Part shown: positions 10,044 through 21,194 of the stretch, piece after piece
Layout: every line of letters begins with the position of its first letter
Position numbering within the stretch: position 1 is the first letter of the stretch
Origin: Candidatus Thorarchaeota archaeon
GTDB taxonomy: Archaea > Asgardarchaeota > Thorarchaeia > Thorarchaeales > Thorarchaeaceae
Direction of reading: 5' to 3'
Length of the DNA: 29,929 nt
Assembly: GCA_019057475.1 (NCBI GenBank)
Contig: DXJO01000029.1
Location: 1 to 29,929 of the forward strand
Made by a program: the position numbers and the translations under genes
Notes under the pieces: model-generated
The model's input: the letters and a program-made list of their open reading frames with translations, nothing else
Told to the model about the DNA's origin: nothing
Databases searched by the model: none

Positions 10044-10235
10044 CGCTCTACGCCTATCCTAGACTTCACTATTCAGGTCTATATTATCGATGGATGAATC
10101 ATTCACGCTTTTGTGTTAGTTTATGATGTACTCTCCCTTTTCTTAGGCGAATGATTTAGCTATGTATGATTCATCTATCTGATTCCTTCATTGGTGCTTT
10201 ATATTCAATATTCGTAAGAATACATCGTGTAAGCC

Positions 10236-10787
10236 ATGAGACACGCCAGGAAAATCATACCATTAGCAGCGGCCATCTCAGTATTGGTCATAATCGTAGT
10301 TTCATCACTTGCTATGCCAACGGATGCAGCATCGGTCCTCGATACCGCATACGCGCCTGCAGCCTCCATTGGTGATGTCTTCAGCATTAAGGCGTGGGGT
10401 GAAATTGCAGCTAAGACCGATGATGATTTCTCACGAGCGCTCACAGAAATGCATCTGGAGTTTGAGCTTGTTGAGAAGGGACAGCGCGGGGTCAGGTTCA
10501 ACGTTCTCTCTGGTTATTTCATAATCAACTCGACGCGCTACGAGGTTACGGAAGGGGTTGGATTTGCTGGGGTCCCTGAAGAGGGCCGTTTCAATGGAAC
10601 GCTTGTCTTTGGTTTCCGTTTTAACATGACAGAATCTGGTGAGGAAATCGCGCAAGTCGGTTTTCTGGGTAAGGTTGTCAGGACAGAGGAACGCGGTCCC
10701 ATTCTATTCATGAGGGGCCGAATCTTAGTCGACGACCTTACCTATGCCCTCGGTCAGCGGGGACGGATACACAGAATAGAAACATGA
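10236..10787 (+). CDS. secreted or membrane-anchored hypothetical protein
   Basis: Basic plus hydrophobic N-terminus followed by a beta-rich domain. TTTATA upstream. Confidence 0.7.
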   Translation: MRHARKIIPLAAAISVLVIIVVSSLAMPTDAASVLDTAYAPAASIGDVFSIKAWGEIAAKTDDDFSRALTEMHLEFELVEKGQRGVRFNVLSGYFIINSTRYEVTEGVGFAGVPEEGRFNGTLVFGFRFNMTESGEEIAQVGFLGKVVRTEERGPILFMRGRILVDDLTYALGQRGRIHRIET

Positions 10788-10885
10788 TGGAAGAGATCGA
10801 CAACTGCAGGTACTGAGCAGAAATCTGAACTCCTCTGCTCGTTGAAAGGCGGGGAACTCCCGCCCTTCCATCACCCTTCATATTC

Positions 10886-13507
10886 TCACTCATTATCCGA
10901 CTTCTTTTCAGCCTCGACAAATGCTTCCACTTTGAAAAGACGATCCTTGAGGTCTCTATTCTCTTTCTCGAGTTCCTCGATGCTCTTCCGAAGTGAGTCA
11001 ATCTCTTTCGGCTCCTTCTTCTTGCTCAGGGCTCTCACAGCTAAACGTGCGCGACGGATAACGCCTGCGCTAACCTCACTCTCAGCCAGTTTCTGCAGCG
11101 CCGGTATCAATGCAGCATCCTCAAGCGTTTTTGCGGCGATGATTGCATAGACCTGCACGCGGAAGGACCCGTCATTCAACATCTTCTCGATGTCTGACCT
11201 AATCTCCGGATGCTTCTTCTTGTATCTCTTTCCAAGCTTTGCCAGATGCCCTGGGACAACTCTTCTGAGCTCATCTGGAGTCCCTAAGACCATGTATTCT
11301 CTAAGCACAGCAATGGCCTCTTCCTTCTCGGTTGCAGCTAAGCCCGCTAGGTAACCCTGTTGCACTAGGTGGTGCCAACTAGAGGGCGCAATCTTGAGAC
11401 CTGCCCGGAGAGTCTTGAACGCACCATCGTGCTTTGACTTACCAACAGACGTCGCGGCTGCCGCAGCCACGAAGTAGCTCTCCTTGTCCTTCATGAGTTT
11501 CTTGAGTGCTTTGAAAGCTCTATCATTCTTGTAGAATTCGCCAAGGGCCCTAGCAACACCTGTACGAGCTCTAGTGCTCCTCACATTCACACCCTTGAGC
11601 AGCTGATCCAGAGATGACTCATTCTTCACGGAACCAAGCACCTTGGCTACTTCCAGTTGGACGCCCCAGAACGAGTCTTCAGTAAGCGCCTTTCCCAGCG
11701 CCTCTAATGCCTTGGGGGTTGCTTTCTTTCCAAGCGCTTGAGCCGCCTTAATTCTCTGAACAATGTTGGTTCCAGTGCTGAGTTGCTCTATCCACATGGG
11801 CTCGGGTTTGTCAATCTTCCAGTCCATTAGTGTGGCATAGTCCGGGTCGATGATTATCTGTTTGGGCTTCTTTGAAACAGGATAGTAGAAACTATGCACA
11901 CGTTCTGTCACTTCCATGATGTAGCGTGTCCGATTATCATCTTCATCAACGAACTCCACTGTCAGAGGGAACTTGAAGATCTCTGGTGTCATATCGTCAT
12001 CATATTTCTGGGTTTGCTCAATCTTCACAAGGGCATGACCCAGCTTCTCATCGTATGAGCATTTAATCTTGCACTCTGGATACCCCGCCTTGTACAGCCA
12101 CTGCTCAAAGAACCAGCCAAAATCCTCGCCAGTCATCTCAGTGAATAAACTCTCGAGGTCATGAGTATAGACCGATTTGTAGGCGTAGCGCGTCTGCCAC
12201 TCGCCAAGTATCTTCCACCATCGTTCTTCGCCAACAAGGTGCTTCAACATGTAGTACCTCCAAGCACCACCAGGATACAGATGCCTATCGAAAACATCCA
12301 TCCCCCTCTCCCATTCATTCTGCACGATTGGGCGTCTGTAGTTCTGCTTGTCCTCAGTGAAGTACGCTTTTTGCTTGCCATACTGTTCGTAGAAATACTC
12401 GTCGTCACCCTTGTCGTGACGTTTCCATTCGTTCTGCATCTGAGTTGCCCAGCCCTCGTTTAGCCAACCATGACTCCATGTCCTACAGGTCACATTATCG
12501 CCACCCCAAGAGTGAGCCAGCTCGTGGGACACCAGTCCATCCGAATCGAAATCAAGATGGGCTTTTTCATCGTGGAATGTGGCATCGGTCTGGATTGTAG
12601 CGCTCACATTCTCCATTCCGCCCGCAATGAAATTCGCAGCTGTGACCTGTGCATACTTATCCCATGGAAAGGGTACACCAAGCTTCTCAACAAAGAACTT
12701 CGTCATCTCGGGCGTCTTGCCATACGAACGATATATCGTCTCTTTATCCCACTTTGTATGCGCATAATAGCTGATTTCCAATCCATCGAGGTCTTCCTTG
12801 TACTCTACAGCCTTGCTCACCCACACCATCATGAGATAGGCAGGCATAGGTTTCTCATTGTACCAGTGGAATGTTTCCATGCCATCCGCGCTCACCTTGC
12901 GTTCCTTGAGGACGCCATTGCTCATTGCGTAGAAACCCTTGGGGACTGTAAGAATAATCTCAACCGAGTGTTTGTGGCTTGGATTGTCGTAACAGGGGAC
13001 TGTGTATCGCGCGTAGTCATCTTGCAACTGCGTCCAGGCGCTGACTTCCACGTCTGGGAACTCGGGACTTGGACCAGTGAACCACAGGCCTGCTCTTGGA
13101 TTATCTATGGTGTAGATGAACGTGAGTTCCTCCCTCTTGCGTTCCTTGAGTGGCTTCCCGAGATAGACAATCATGGCCTCCTCGTCAGGTAGGAGATCAT
13201 ACTCCAGCTCATTACCTTTCGAGTCCCTCACACCTGTGATGTTCAACTCAGCAGCATGGAGAAACACCTTGCTCAGCTCGGGTGCGATTGACTTGATCTT
13301 CAGCTTGGATATTGCGTCAACTCGCTTCCCTTTGAGGTCCATCTTCCAATCGATTGTCAGATGCTCGATGTCATAATGTCGCGCCGGAGCCCACTGAGGT
13401 CGGGCGGTTGGGAAAGTGAATTCCTCCCTGTCCGCAGACAGCAACTGCTCTGCTTCGTGAATGCCTCCTCGCATTAGAGTTTCCAGATAATCATGAAAAT
13501 CAGTCAT
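10886..13507 (-). CDS. M1 family aminopeptidase with C-terminal HEAT repeats and coiled coil
   Basis: GGMEN exopeptidase motif, HELAH-x18-E (WLNEG) zinc motif, HEAT-like helical repeats. Confidence 0.92.
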   Translation of the reverse strand: MTDFHDYLETLMRGGIHEAEQLLSADREEFTFPTARPQWAPARHYDIEHLTIDWKMDLKGKRVDAISKLKIKSIAPELSKVFLHAAELNITGVRDSKGNELEYDLLPDEEAMIVYLGKPLKERKREELTFIYTIDNPRAGLWFTGPSPEFPDVEVSAWTQLQDDYARYTVPCYDNPSHKHSVEIILTVPKGFYAMSNGVLKERKVSADGMETFHWYNEKPMPAYLMMVWVSKAVEYKEDLDGLEISYYAHTKWDKETIYRSYGKTPEMTKFFVEKLGVPFPWDKYAQVTAANFIAGGMENVSATIQTDATFHDEKAHLDFDSDGLVSHELAHSWGGDNVTCRTWSHGWLNEGWATQMQNEWKRHDKGDDEYFYEQYGKQKAYFTEDKQNYRRPIVQNEWERGMDVFDRHLYPGGAWRYYMLKHLVGEERWWKILGEWQTRYAYKSVYTHDLESLFTEMTGEDFGWFFEQWLYKAGYPECKIKCSYDEKLGHALVKIEQTQKYDDDMTPEIFKFPLTVEFVDEDDNRTRYIMEVTERVHSFYYPVSKKPKQIIIDPDYATLMDWKIDKPEPMWIEQLSTGTNIVQRIKAAQALGKKATPKALEALGKALTEDSFWGVQLEVAKVLGSVKNESSLDQLLKGVNVRSTRARTGVARALGEFYKNDRAFKALKKLMKDKESYFVAAAAATSVGKSKHDGAFKTLRAGLKIAPSSWHHLVQQGYLAGLAATEKEEAIAVLREYMVLGTPDELRRVVPGHLAKLGKRYKKKHPEIRSDIEKMLNDGSFRVQVYAIIAAKTLEDAALIPALQKLAESEVSAGVIRRARLAVRALSKKKEPKEIDSLRKSIEELEKENRDLKDRLFKVEAFVEAEKKSDNE

Positions 13508-13687
13508 GTATAGTCAGTCTCCACTTTCAGTACGACAACTGATACCAAAGTCGGTAGGATGTCAGAAAAATGTCGAGCAACGCGTTATGAAGGTTTACAA
13601 TTGTACAAGATATTGTGATTTCGAGTGTGAAAATCACCTTTTTGGCCCAAGTCGGGCTCGCAACACCCCTTCTACATGAGACCATTG

Positions 13688-13702
13688 GAAAGGTTTTTAT
13701 TA
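13688..13702 (+). promoter_or_regulatory. putative BRE/TATA promoter for the 16S pre-rRNA
   Basis: gaaagg-tttttatta about 300 nt upstream of the 16S. Confidence 0.45.
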
Positions 13703-13865
13703 TTACTATTAGAAATTCATAGTGATTCGCGTCATACGGTGTCAGGCCTGATGCTGTCGGCGAATGCCATGCAATGATGGCCCGTGATTTCCAGATGCGA
13801 CTACAAAATGCGGACGTGAGATAGACTGGCGCAAAAAGTGCCAGATTCCCCTCAGGTCTAAGAAA

Positions 13866-13896
13866 TGCTCAGCAGTGTGCAGGTATAGGGGTAAGC
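13866..13896 (+). other. 5' strand of the 16S pre-rRNA processing stem
   Basis: tgctcagcagtg-t-gcag-gtat-aggggtaagc pairs with 15646-15672 (12 bp + 4 bp + 10 bp, bulge-helix-loop geometry). Confidence 0.8.
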
Positions 13897-13999
13897 CACC
13901 CAGCAGACCCTGTCATGCCTGTACTTTTACAAGCTAAGTTCAAGTGTGTTAGAATTGTGCATGAATCGCATCCTTGCTATCATGCGTAATTAAGGACCA

Positions 14000-15531
<1,532 letters not shown>

Positions 15532-15543
15532 AAGTTTTCACCA

Positions 15544-15690
15544 TCATAGATGGTGAGACGCTTGGCTCTGTCCTCGGACAGGGTAAGGTGCAGGCTAAGA
15601 CGGGGAAGCGGTGCAACTGTTCAGGTTGCCCCGACGCCATCGGGAGTTTACCCTTCTGCCCACTGCTGAGCACCCTTTTCCTTTTGCAAC
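15544..15690 (+). repeat. 16S 3' trailer, repeat copy 1 (structured; contains the 3' strand of the processing stem)
   Basis: Hairpins ctgtc-ctcg-gacag, gcaac/gttgc and cccga/tcggg. 15646-15672 is complementary to the 16S leader. Repeated downstream. Confidence 0.9.
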
Positions 15691-15747
15691 TGACATTACA
15701 GGTAGTTAGTGTTAGCTTCACGCCATGACCAGAGATCAAAGGGTATT

Positions 15748-18700
15748 TCACATTGCGCGCAGTATTCTTCTTCTGAGTCGTCGAGCTCCTGACAGGGCCT
15801 TCTTGTACGACTCGACCTTCCATCTACTGATGAATTCCTGATAGATCTCGATGCACTCCTCAATGTTGTCGAGTGACTCTCTCAGGCTTTTCCTCTTCAG
15901 ACGTAATGCAGCTAACTCATACAGAGCCTCAGCGACCTCAATAGAGGAGAACTCCTCGACAGCCTCTTCCCTCCTGAACTCAAGAATTGCTTCGAGCACT
16001 TCCTCCTCCGTATCTTCTCCCTCTACCTCTGTTTCCAGAAGTGTGATGTAGATGTCCCTGAGAATCTCCCTGCTTCTCGCGAGTAGCTCATCGTAGCCAT
16101 GGATTCTGTCACACGGTTCCTCCTCGTCATCGAAATAGTTCTGCACAATTTCTTGGATATTCTTCTCCATGAAATCTAGGCCATCTTGAACATCCACCCC
16201 TGGTTCCAATGTGACAGCAAGCCAAGAACAAACTTCATCTCCTGTCTGGTCCGACAAAGCAGTCAACTTGACCCCAGTCCCATCCCTGCACACAGAACAG
16301 GTAAGCTTCTCTTCCCTCATCTCGAGGTATGCCCCGGGTCTTGCCCTCTTCAGGCTCAGCTTGCGAGAAATGGGTCCACTCTCTCTAAAGACGACCCCAT
16401 CTCGAGTCTCTGGATCTGGACTGGCCTCAACATCAAACTCGTAGCGGGCAGTTTCCAGGAACACCCCTCCAGACATCAAGCCGACCACTTCATTGTCCGC
16501 CAGCGCCCCCTGGCTAAGTTCCAGAAGAAGGGAGTCATCAAGGTCAACTGGAAACTCTACCCGCCAACAGACACCATGCATTTCTGCGATGCCCTGTGCG
16601 ATAGGACACAGGCTCTCATCGTGTCTAATTATCATCGTTTCATATTCGACTTCTCGACTGGTCAGTTCTTTGGCTGTGAGAGGCAGCGGCAAACGTACAT
16701 TAATGAACGGGGTTCTCCGTTCGACGTAAGGTCTTAGAAGCTGCAGTTCTCCGTAGTCGATGTCCTTGTATGGATTCCACATGTAGTACTCTCTAGACTT
16801 CTTTGAACTTTGAAGGCTGACTCCATCCACCATCGGGCGTCTAAGGAGCTCGAGCAAGTCCGAGGTCCGAAAGATACTCCTTTGGTCGCAGGGTTCGTCA
16901 CCACCGGACTTGTCATAGAGATTCACTACGTACTTGCCCGAGTCTGTACTCAACTTACACTCAATGGAATCAACCTTCGAAAGCATCTTCGATATTGATC
17001 TGAGTTCCTTTTTCACTCTTGTTCGCAGACTGGGCTGTATAGTCAAGCCCTTGGGTTCTTCAGGTGTATTATCCGGTGAAACTGCATGTATTCCCAAACC
17101 TCTGATGGCAGTGATTGCACCCCTCTTGCGTCGTATCAGTGTCATCCTACCCAAGAGCTGCCACTTGCCAGCATCATAGGCCCAAAGGTACTCTGCGCCT
17201 GCGAAACTACTTACAGCTAGACTGTAGGACTCATTCGAATTCACACATATCGACGCACCCTTTGCTATAAGATCGTGTTGAGTGGTCGACCATCTAATCG
17301 TGTTTCTCAGTTCTAAGGGTCCTCGGCCAATCCAAAGCCCGTTCAGCATATTCCGTTTGTCATAGGAGTCCTCAATGGCTACCCAAGAGTACTGATTGTC
17401 ATCATCGTCTGAATGATAGAGAATCTGTCCAAAGACAACATTGGTGCATGACTCCCTAGGAACCTTCGCAAGGAACTCTGCTCTCTTTGAGAGGTTTGCC
17501 CAGATAGCCCTGACATCAAACTTCACACTTCTAGCTTGGGTCATCCTTGTCTGGTCTGGAGTGGTCCCCAGCTGCATCAGTTGCCATGGTTTCAGTACCT
17601 CCCATAGATGACGCAAATGTTCTTGGCTCAGGGATGGAAATCTTGTTCTGATTGCTGTCAAAAGGAGGAACAGATAGTTGCCATGGAACAATGCAAGGTG
17701 GGGTCTTGTTTCCATGAGAATATCTAAGGTCTGCTTGACTTCTCCTCTAAGACCTGAGGTCAAGCGACTCTCGCGAGTCCACTCAAGGGTATTCCAGAGT
17801 GATACGGACAGGGAATCGGTCTTCAGACAGTGTGCCACTTCATTGAGCATGTCAAGACTGATGGCATCTGTTTGCTTGGACACTATCTCTTGAAGATCAG
17901 AAAGCAGGTGTTCTTCCTCTTTGTTGTCAACCCCCTTATGCCCACTCCTTTTGTGCGCTGATAGGAACCTAATTGTTTGTCGGAGTCGACGAATTTCTAC
18001 TCTCTGAGCCCTCTTCTCGTTGGGATTGCCTAGTACTAGGACCCCCTCATTCGGTGGCCGGTGGGTCTGAGCAACAATCTCTCTCTCCAACCTATCTTCC
18101 CTATACTGTCTAGGGTGTGTGATTTTCTGAGTCGGCATTATTTCGCTGCTAGTGACAAATCCCTTCCCATGAGTGCCTGCATTTACTCGCGCGCGATATG
18201 ACATTCGTGACATGATTCCAGAGTGCTGAGCAGCTTTCTCCGGTAGCGGGGTGATCTCCAATAATGAGTCAGAGTCTGGTTTCATTTCCGCCTCTTTTTC
18301 AAATAAGGAAGGGTATAGAGCGCGCAGCCACGGGATTAGGTCAAGTGAGTCCCGGATGAGCTCAGCTCGAAAAGCAGCCCTTTGAGGACTGCTGATGACA
18401 TCACAAGCTAGGAGTGGACGTCGTCCTCGACCAGTCCTCTTCCTTCTTCGTGTAGCCTTTGCTTTTTCTCTCTTGCTCCAGAATCTCGAGGACCAGTCTT
18501 GAAGCGGGGGGACCTCGATGAGATTCCACTCGATATCTGTCTTTGAGTGTCTGATTATCACACGGACATTATCCAGTAAGGGAGTAGTTCGTCCATGAAT
18601 TGATGGTCTGACGGGGAGATTCCAGACTAAATCGGTTACATGATATCTGTGTGGTGAGTCCTCCCAGAAAGGCACTACACCCCTTCTCTGATAGATTGCC

Positions 18701-20829
18701 GAGGATAGATTCGAGGGTTTTGGCCTGACAAACCAAACAGTGGTACAACCGAGAGCATTCAACTCTCCAACAAATACACGTTCCAATTCCAGCAGTGCAG
18801 CCTTGAGCCTTTGAGGCGTTTCATTCTCCAATTCACCCCAGCCAGTCACTACAACTATCATGTCACTCGGCTTTTCCGATTCAGGTGATGTCAAGGAATC
18901 GATGTCCGGGATTTCTCCTCCTTTGAAGAGATAGTCATAAATGCTTGAAGACATGTCCTTGATTTCTATGGAGTTGAAGAACGTCCGAATGTGTTTCTGC
19001 TGGCTCTTGATTCTCAGCCTTGTTTCCGCTAATGGCTTGAAATGGAAGTTGCCTGCTAGATCCAACCAGACAACCTTGGACTTGTCCTCGGATTGCTTCA
19101 GGTCATAGAGGAATTGTAGTGCATGCCAATACTCTGCCGTCCATGCTGCAGTGGGCCCTGATCTCGAGGCACTTCTTACACTGAGATAGAGGATATGCCG
19201 TCTGTCCTTGGAGGTTGACCAAACGAAGGGATTGAAAGAAACACGTCGCTTAACCGGCACACCAGTCGTCCCGATTGCCATTAATTTCGTTTTCTCACAA
19301 CCGCACAGCAATATGGCCACTCTCTTTGCAGCTGGGTTCTTGCTCCTGATTGACATGCGCCGTGCCAGTCGTGTCTGATTCTGCCTTATGCTATCCCGAC
19401 ATATGTGTCGCACAAGCAACAGTAGCTGACTCTGTGCGATTCTGGCGTCCTGCTGCGTATCGACAAGTACAATTCCTCGTAGGATATCCACTGACTCCTG
19501 GTCCCCGGTCGCTTTCCTATACTCGTTTGCAATGCCTGCAGAATAGGCACCAAGTTGCTGGACATCGGTCTTAGTGGGTACTTCGGTTATTGCTTCTTCC
19601 CACTCCATATCGGTGAGTCCGCGCATTCGGGTTTCGAGCTTGGGGACCATCTTCTCACGTTTCTTCTCGGTTCCGTCAGCTCGTCGTTGCCCTCTCGGCC
19701 GCTTGGTCCGGACTTCCCAATGAAACGCTGTTCGTGTCTTGATATCGAAGACTGCGATTGGTTGCCATATCGTAAGTTTACCTGGATGTCTTGGATTCTG
19801 TATTATCCGACGCTTGAAGACGATAAGATCCGCTCGACCCTTGCCCATGGGTGTTTCCAAAGGAACTTCAGCAGCTATCAGAAGTTCTTCGCCGGAATCA
19901 GCTAAACGGTCACCATCCAGAATGACTGACCTCAACGTGAATGGCTGAGGAAGTCCATTGGCAAGTAGACTATGCCATCTAATGCCTGCCCATCTTGCTT
20001 TTCTAATCACTTCTCTTCTGAGTCGCTCCGCATCTTTATCCCGAAGCTTGGGCTTTTTGCCTTCAAGAAGCCTATCAAGAAGGGTTATCCAATCTTGTCG
20101 ATACTCCTGTTCGATATCAGCCAAGTCTTGACTAGAATGCTGGAGCTTGTGGATTTGGTCGACGAAGAATTGCCTACAGGCCTCGGGATTAGGCTCAGGG
20201 ATTCTGCTGGTTGGTGCAACTGCACGACCAGTTCTCTTGCCGTATAGAGCCTCAATCTCCTGCACCAAAGCCCTGAGTATCTGGTCAGCATCAGGACCCT
20301 GCTGTCTTTTCTTCGCCTTCTTGTTCCTAGCTCGTTTGAAACCCCTTCTACCGGATTGACCTGATGTATAGACATACTCGACAAAGGGGATGAGTTGCCT
20401 AATCAGAAATGACACGTAGCTACGCGCATCGCCGATGGGAACATTGTGAATGAATGCTTTGCGGCAGTATTCCCGGAGGTGTGATCTGATCATGTCTGCG
20501 AAGTCCAACTCTGGCAGGTCGGGGCCGTGAGCGACCGGAACGCTCCCATACATGGATCCCCCGTCATACCCCCTGATTGTTGTTCGTCCTTTGTTGCCTA
20601 TCACTATCGGTTCGGGGAATGGAAACAGTCGAAGGAAATAATCGCGAAGCTGTGCACCTGCCATGTTGAACAGTGCATTTAGAGGACCAACCACTCCTTC
20701 TTTCTCATTCTTGACTCGTTTTCGTTCAGTGTTTCCATAGCGTGCAGTTGTCATCCATGCATTCTTGAGTTCGGCGCTACGTAGATGCTTTTCCTGACCT
20801 GTGACGACTGAGAAGTCTGGTTTCTCCAA
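15748..20829 (-). CDS. very large protein with a RecB/Cas4-like PD-(D/E)XK nuclease domain, possible degenerate RecA-like NTPase fold and C-terminal TPR-like helices; frame stays open upstream to about 21003
   Basis: E321...RAD334...D362-I-K364...Q425-x3-Y429. Then LYLSVRSASRSGPT / VVWLD / IVVVTGW, and C-terminal EVAEALYELAAL...IEECIEIY. Confidence 0.75.
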   Translation of the reverse strand: MEKPDFSVVTGQEKHLRSAELKNAWMTTARYGNTERKRVKNEKEGVVGPLNALFNMAGAQLRDYFLRLFPFPEPIVIGNKGRTTIRGYDGGSMYGSVPVAHGPDLPELDFADMIRSHLREYCRKAFIHNVPIGDARSYVSFLIRQLIPFVEYVYTSGQSGRRGFKRARNKKAKKRQQGPDADQILRALVQEIEALYGKRTGRAVAPTSRIPEPNPEACRQFFVDQIHKLQHSSQDLADIEQEYRQDWITLLDRLLEGKKPKLRDKDAERLRREVIRKARWAGIRWHSLLANGLPQPFTLRSVILDGDRLADSGEELLIAAEVPLETPMGKGRADLIVFKRRIIQNPRHPGKLTIWQPIAVFDIKTRTAFHWEVRTKRPRGQRRADGTEKKREKMVPKLETRMRGLTDMEWEEAITEVPTKTDVQQLGAYSAGIANEYRKATGDQESVDILRGIVLVDTQQDARIAQSQLLLLVRHICRDSIRQNQTRLARRMSIRSKNPAAKRVAILLCGCEKTKLMAIGTTGVPVKRRVSFNPFVWSTSKDRRHILYLSVRSASRSGPTAAWTAEYWHALQFLYDLKQSEDKSKVVWLDLAGNFHFKPLAETRLRIKSQQKHIRTFFNSIEIKDMSSSIYDYLFKGGEIPDIDSLTSPESEKPSDMIVVVTGWGELENETPQRLKAALLELERVFVGELNALGCTTVWFVRPKPSNLSSAIYQRRGVVPFWEDSPHRYHVTDLVWNLPVRPSIHGRTTPLLDNVRVIIRHSKTDIEWNLIEVPPLQDWSSRFWSKREKAKATRRRKRTGRGRRPLLACDVISSPQRAAFRAELIRDSLDLIPWLRALYPSLFEKEAEMKPDSDSLLEITPLPEKAAQHSGIMSRMSYRARVNAGTHGKGFVTSSEIMPTQKITHPRQYREDRLEREIVAQTHRPPNEGVLVLGNPNEKRAQRVEIRRLRQTIRFLSAHKRSGHKGVDNKEEEHLLSDLQEIVSKQTDAISLDMLNEVAHCLKTDSLSVSLWNTLEWTRESRLTSGLRGEVKQTLDILMETRPHLALFHGNYLFLLLTAIRTRFPSLSQEHLRHLWEVLKPWQLMQLGTTPDQTRMTQARSVKFDVRAIWANLSKRAEFLAKVPRESCTNVVFGQILYHSDDDDNQYSWVAIEDSYDKRNMLNGLWIGRGPLELRNTIRWSTTQHDLIAKGASICVNSNESYSLAVSSFAGAEYLWAYDAGKWQLLGRMTLIRRKRGAITAIRGLGIHAVSPDNTPEEPKGLTIQPSLRTRVKKELRSISKMLSKVDSIECKLSTDSGKYVVNLYDKSGGDEPCDQRSIFRTSDLLELLRRPMVDGVSLQSSKKSREYYMWNPYKDIDYGELQLLRPYVERRTPFINVRLPLPLTAKELTSREVEYETMIIRHDESLCPIAQGIAEMHGVCWRVEFPVDLDDSLLLELSQGALADNEVVGLMSGGVFLETARYEFDVEASPDPETRDGVVFRESGPISRKLSLKRARPGAYLEMREEKLTCSVCRDGTGVKLTALSDQTGDEVCSWLAVTLEPGVDVQDGLDFMEKNIQEIVQNYFDDEEEPCDRIHGYDELLARSREILRDIYITLLETEVEGEDTEEEVLEAILEFRREEAVEEFSSIEVAEALYELAALRLKRKSLRESLDNIEECIEIYQEFISRWKVESYKKALSGARRLRRRILRAM

Positions 20830-21162
20830 ACGCTTGGTTTCTTTCCATTGAAACAGAGCCCTATTGAATCGTCGAGCTGACCTCTCGTAGATATGACGAG
20901 TATCCTTGATGACACGTTCACGGAGTATGTCCAGCAGAGCCCTCAGTCCAATTAGATGTCCTTCTGTGATGACTTCAGCGGGGTTTTCTGGAAACAGAAT
21001 TACTCACCTGAGTGTCTGGTGACAAATTCCGTGAATAAGGGGCGCGGGTAATTCCCTTATTAGTTCTGCGAGAGACGCCTTCTGAATTTAAAACATCGCC
21101 TTCTTAAAATATAGTCTTAATGAATTTATATATCCAAATACATCACAAAATGGTGGAGAATA

Positions 21163-21194
21163 TCATTCATTCTTCGTAATGAAAGAGTGAGTGA
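21163..21194 (+). other. hairpin at the putative left end of the tnpB unit
   Basis: tcattcattctt/aagagtgagtga 12-bp stem with G-U pairs, starting right after GGAGAATA. TTTATATA at about 21125-21132. Confidence 0.55.

Noticed and set aside
12470-13192. 240-aa antisense ORF and similar shadows within valS, the aminopeptidase, the large nuclease and tnpB
   Set aside because: Antisense or overlapping frames of well-supported genes, with no motifs.
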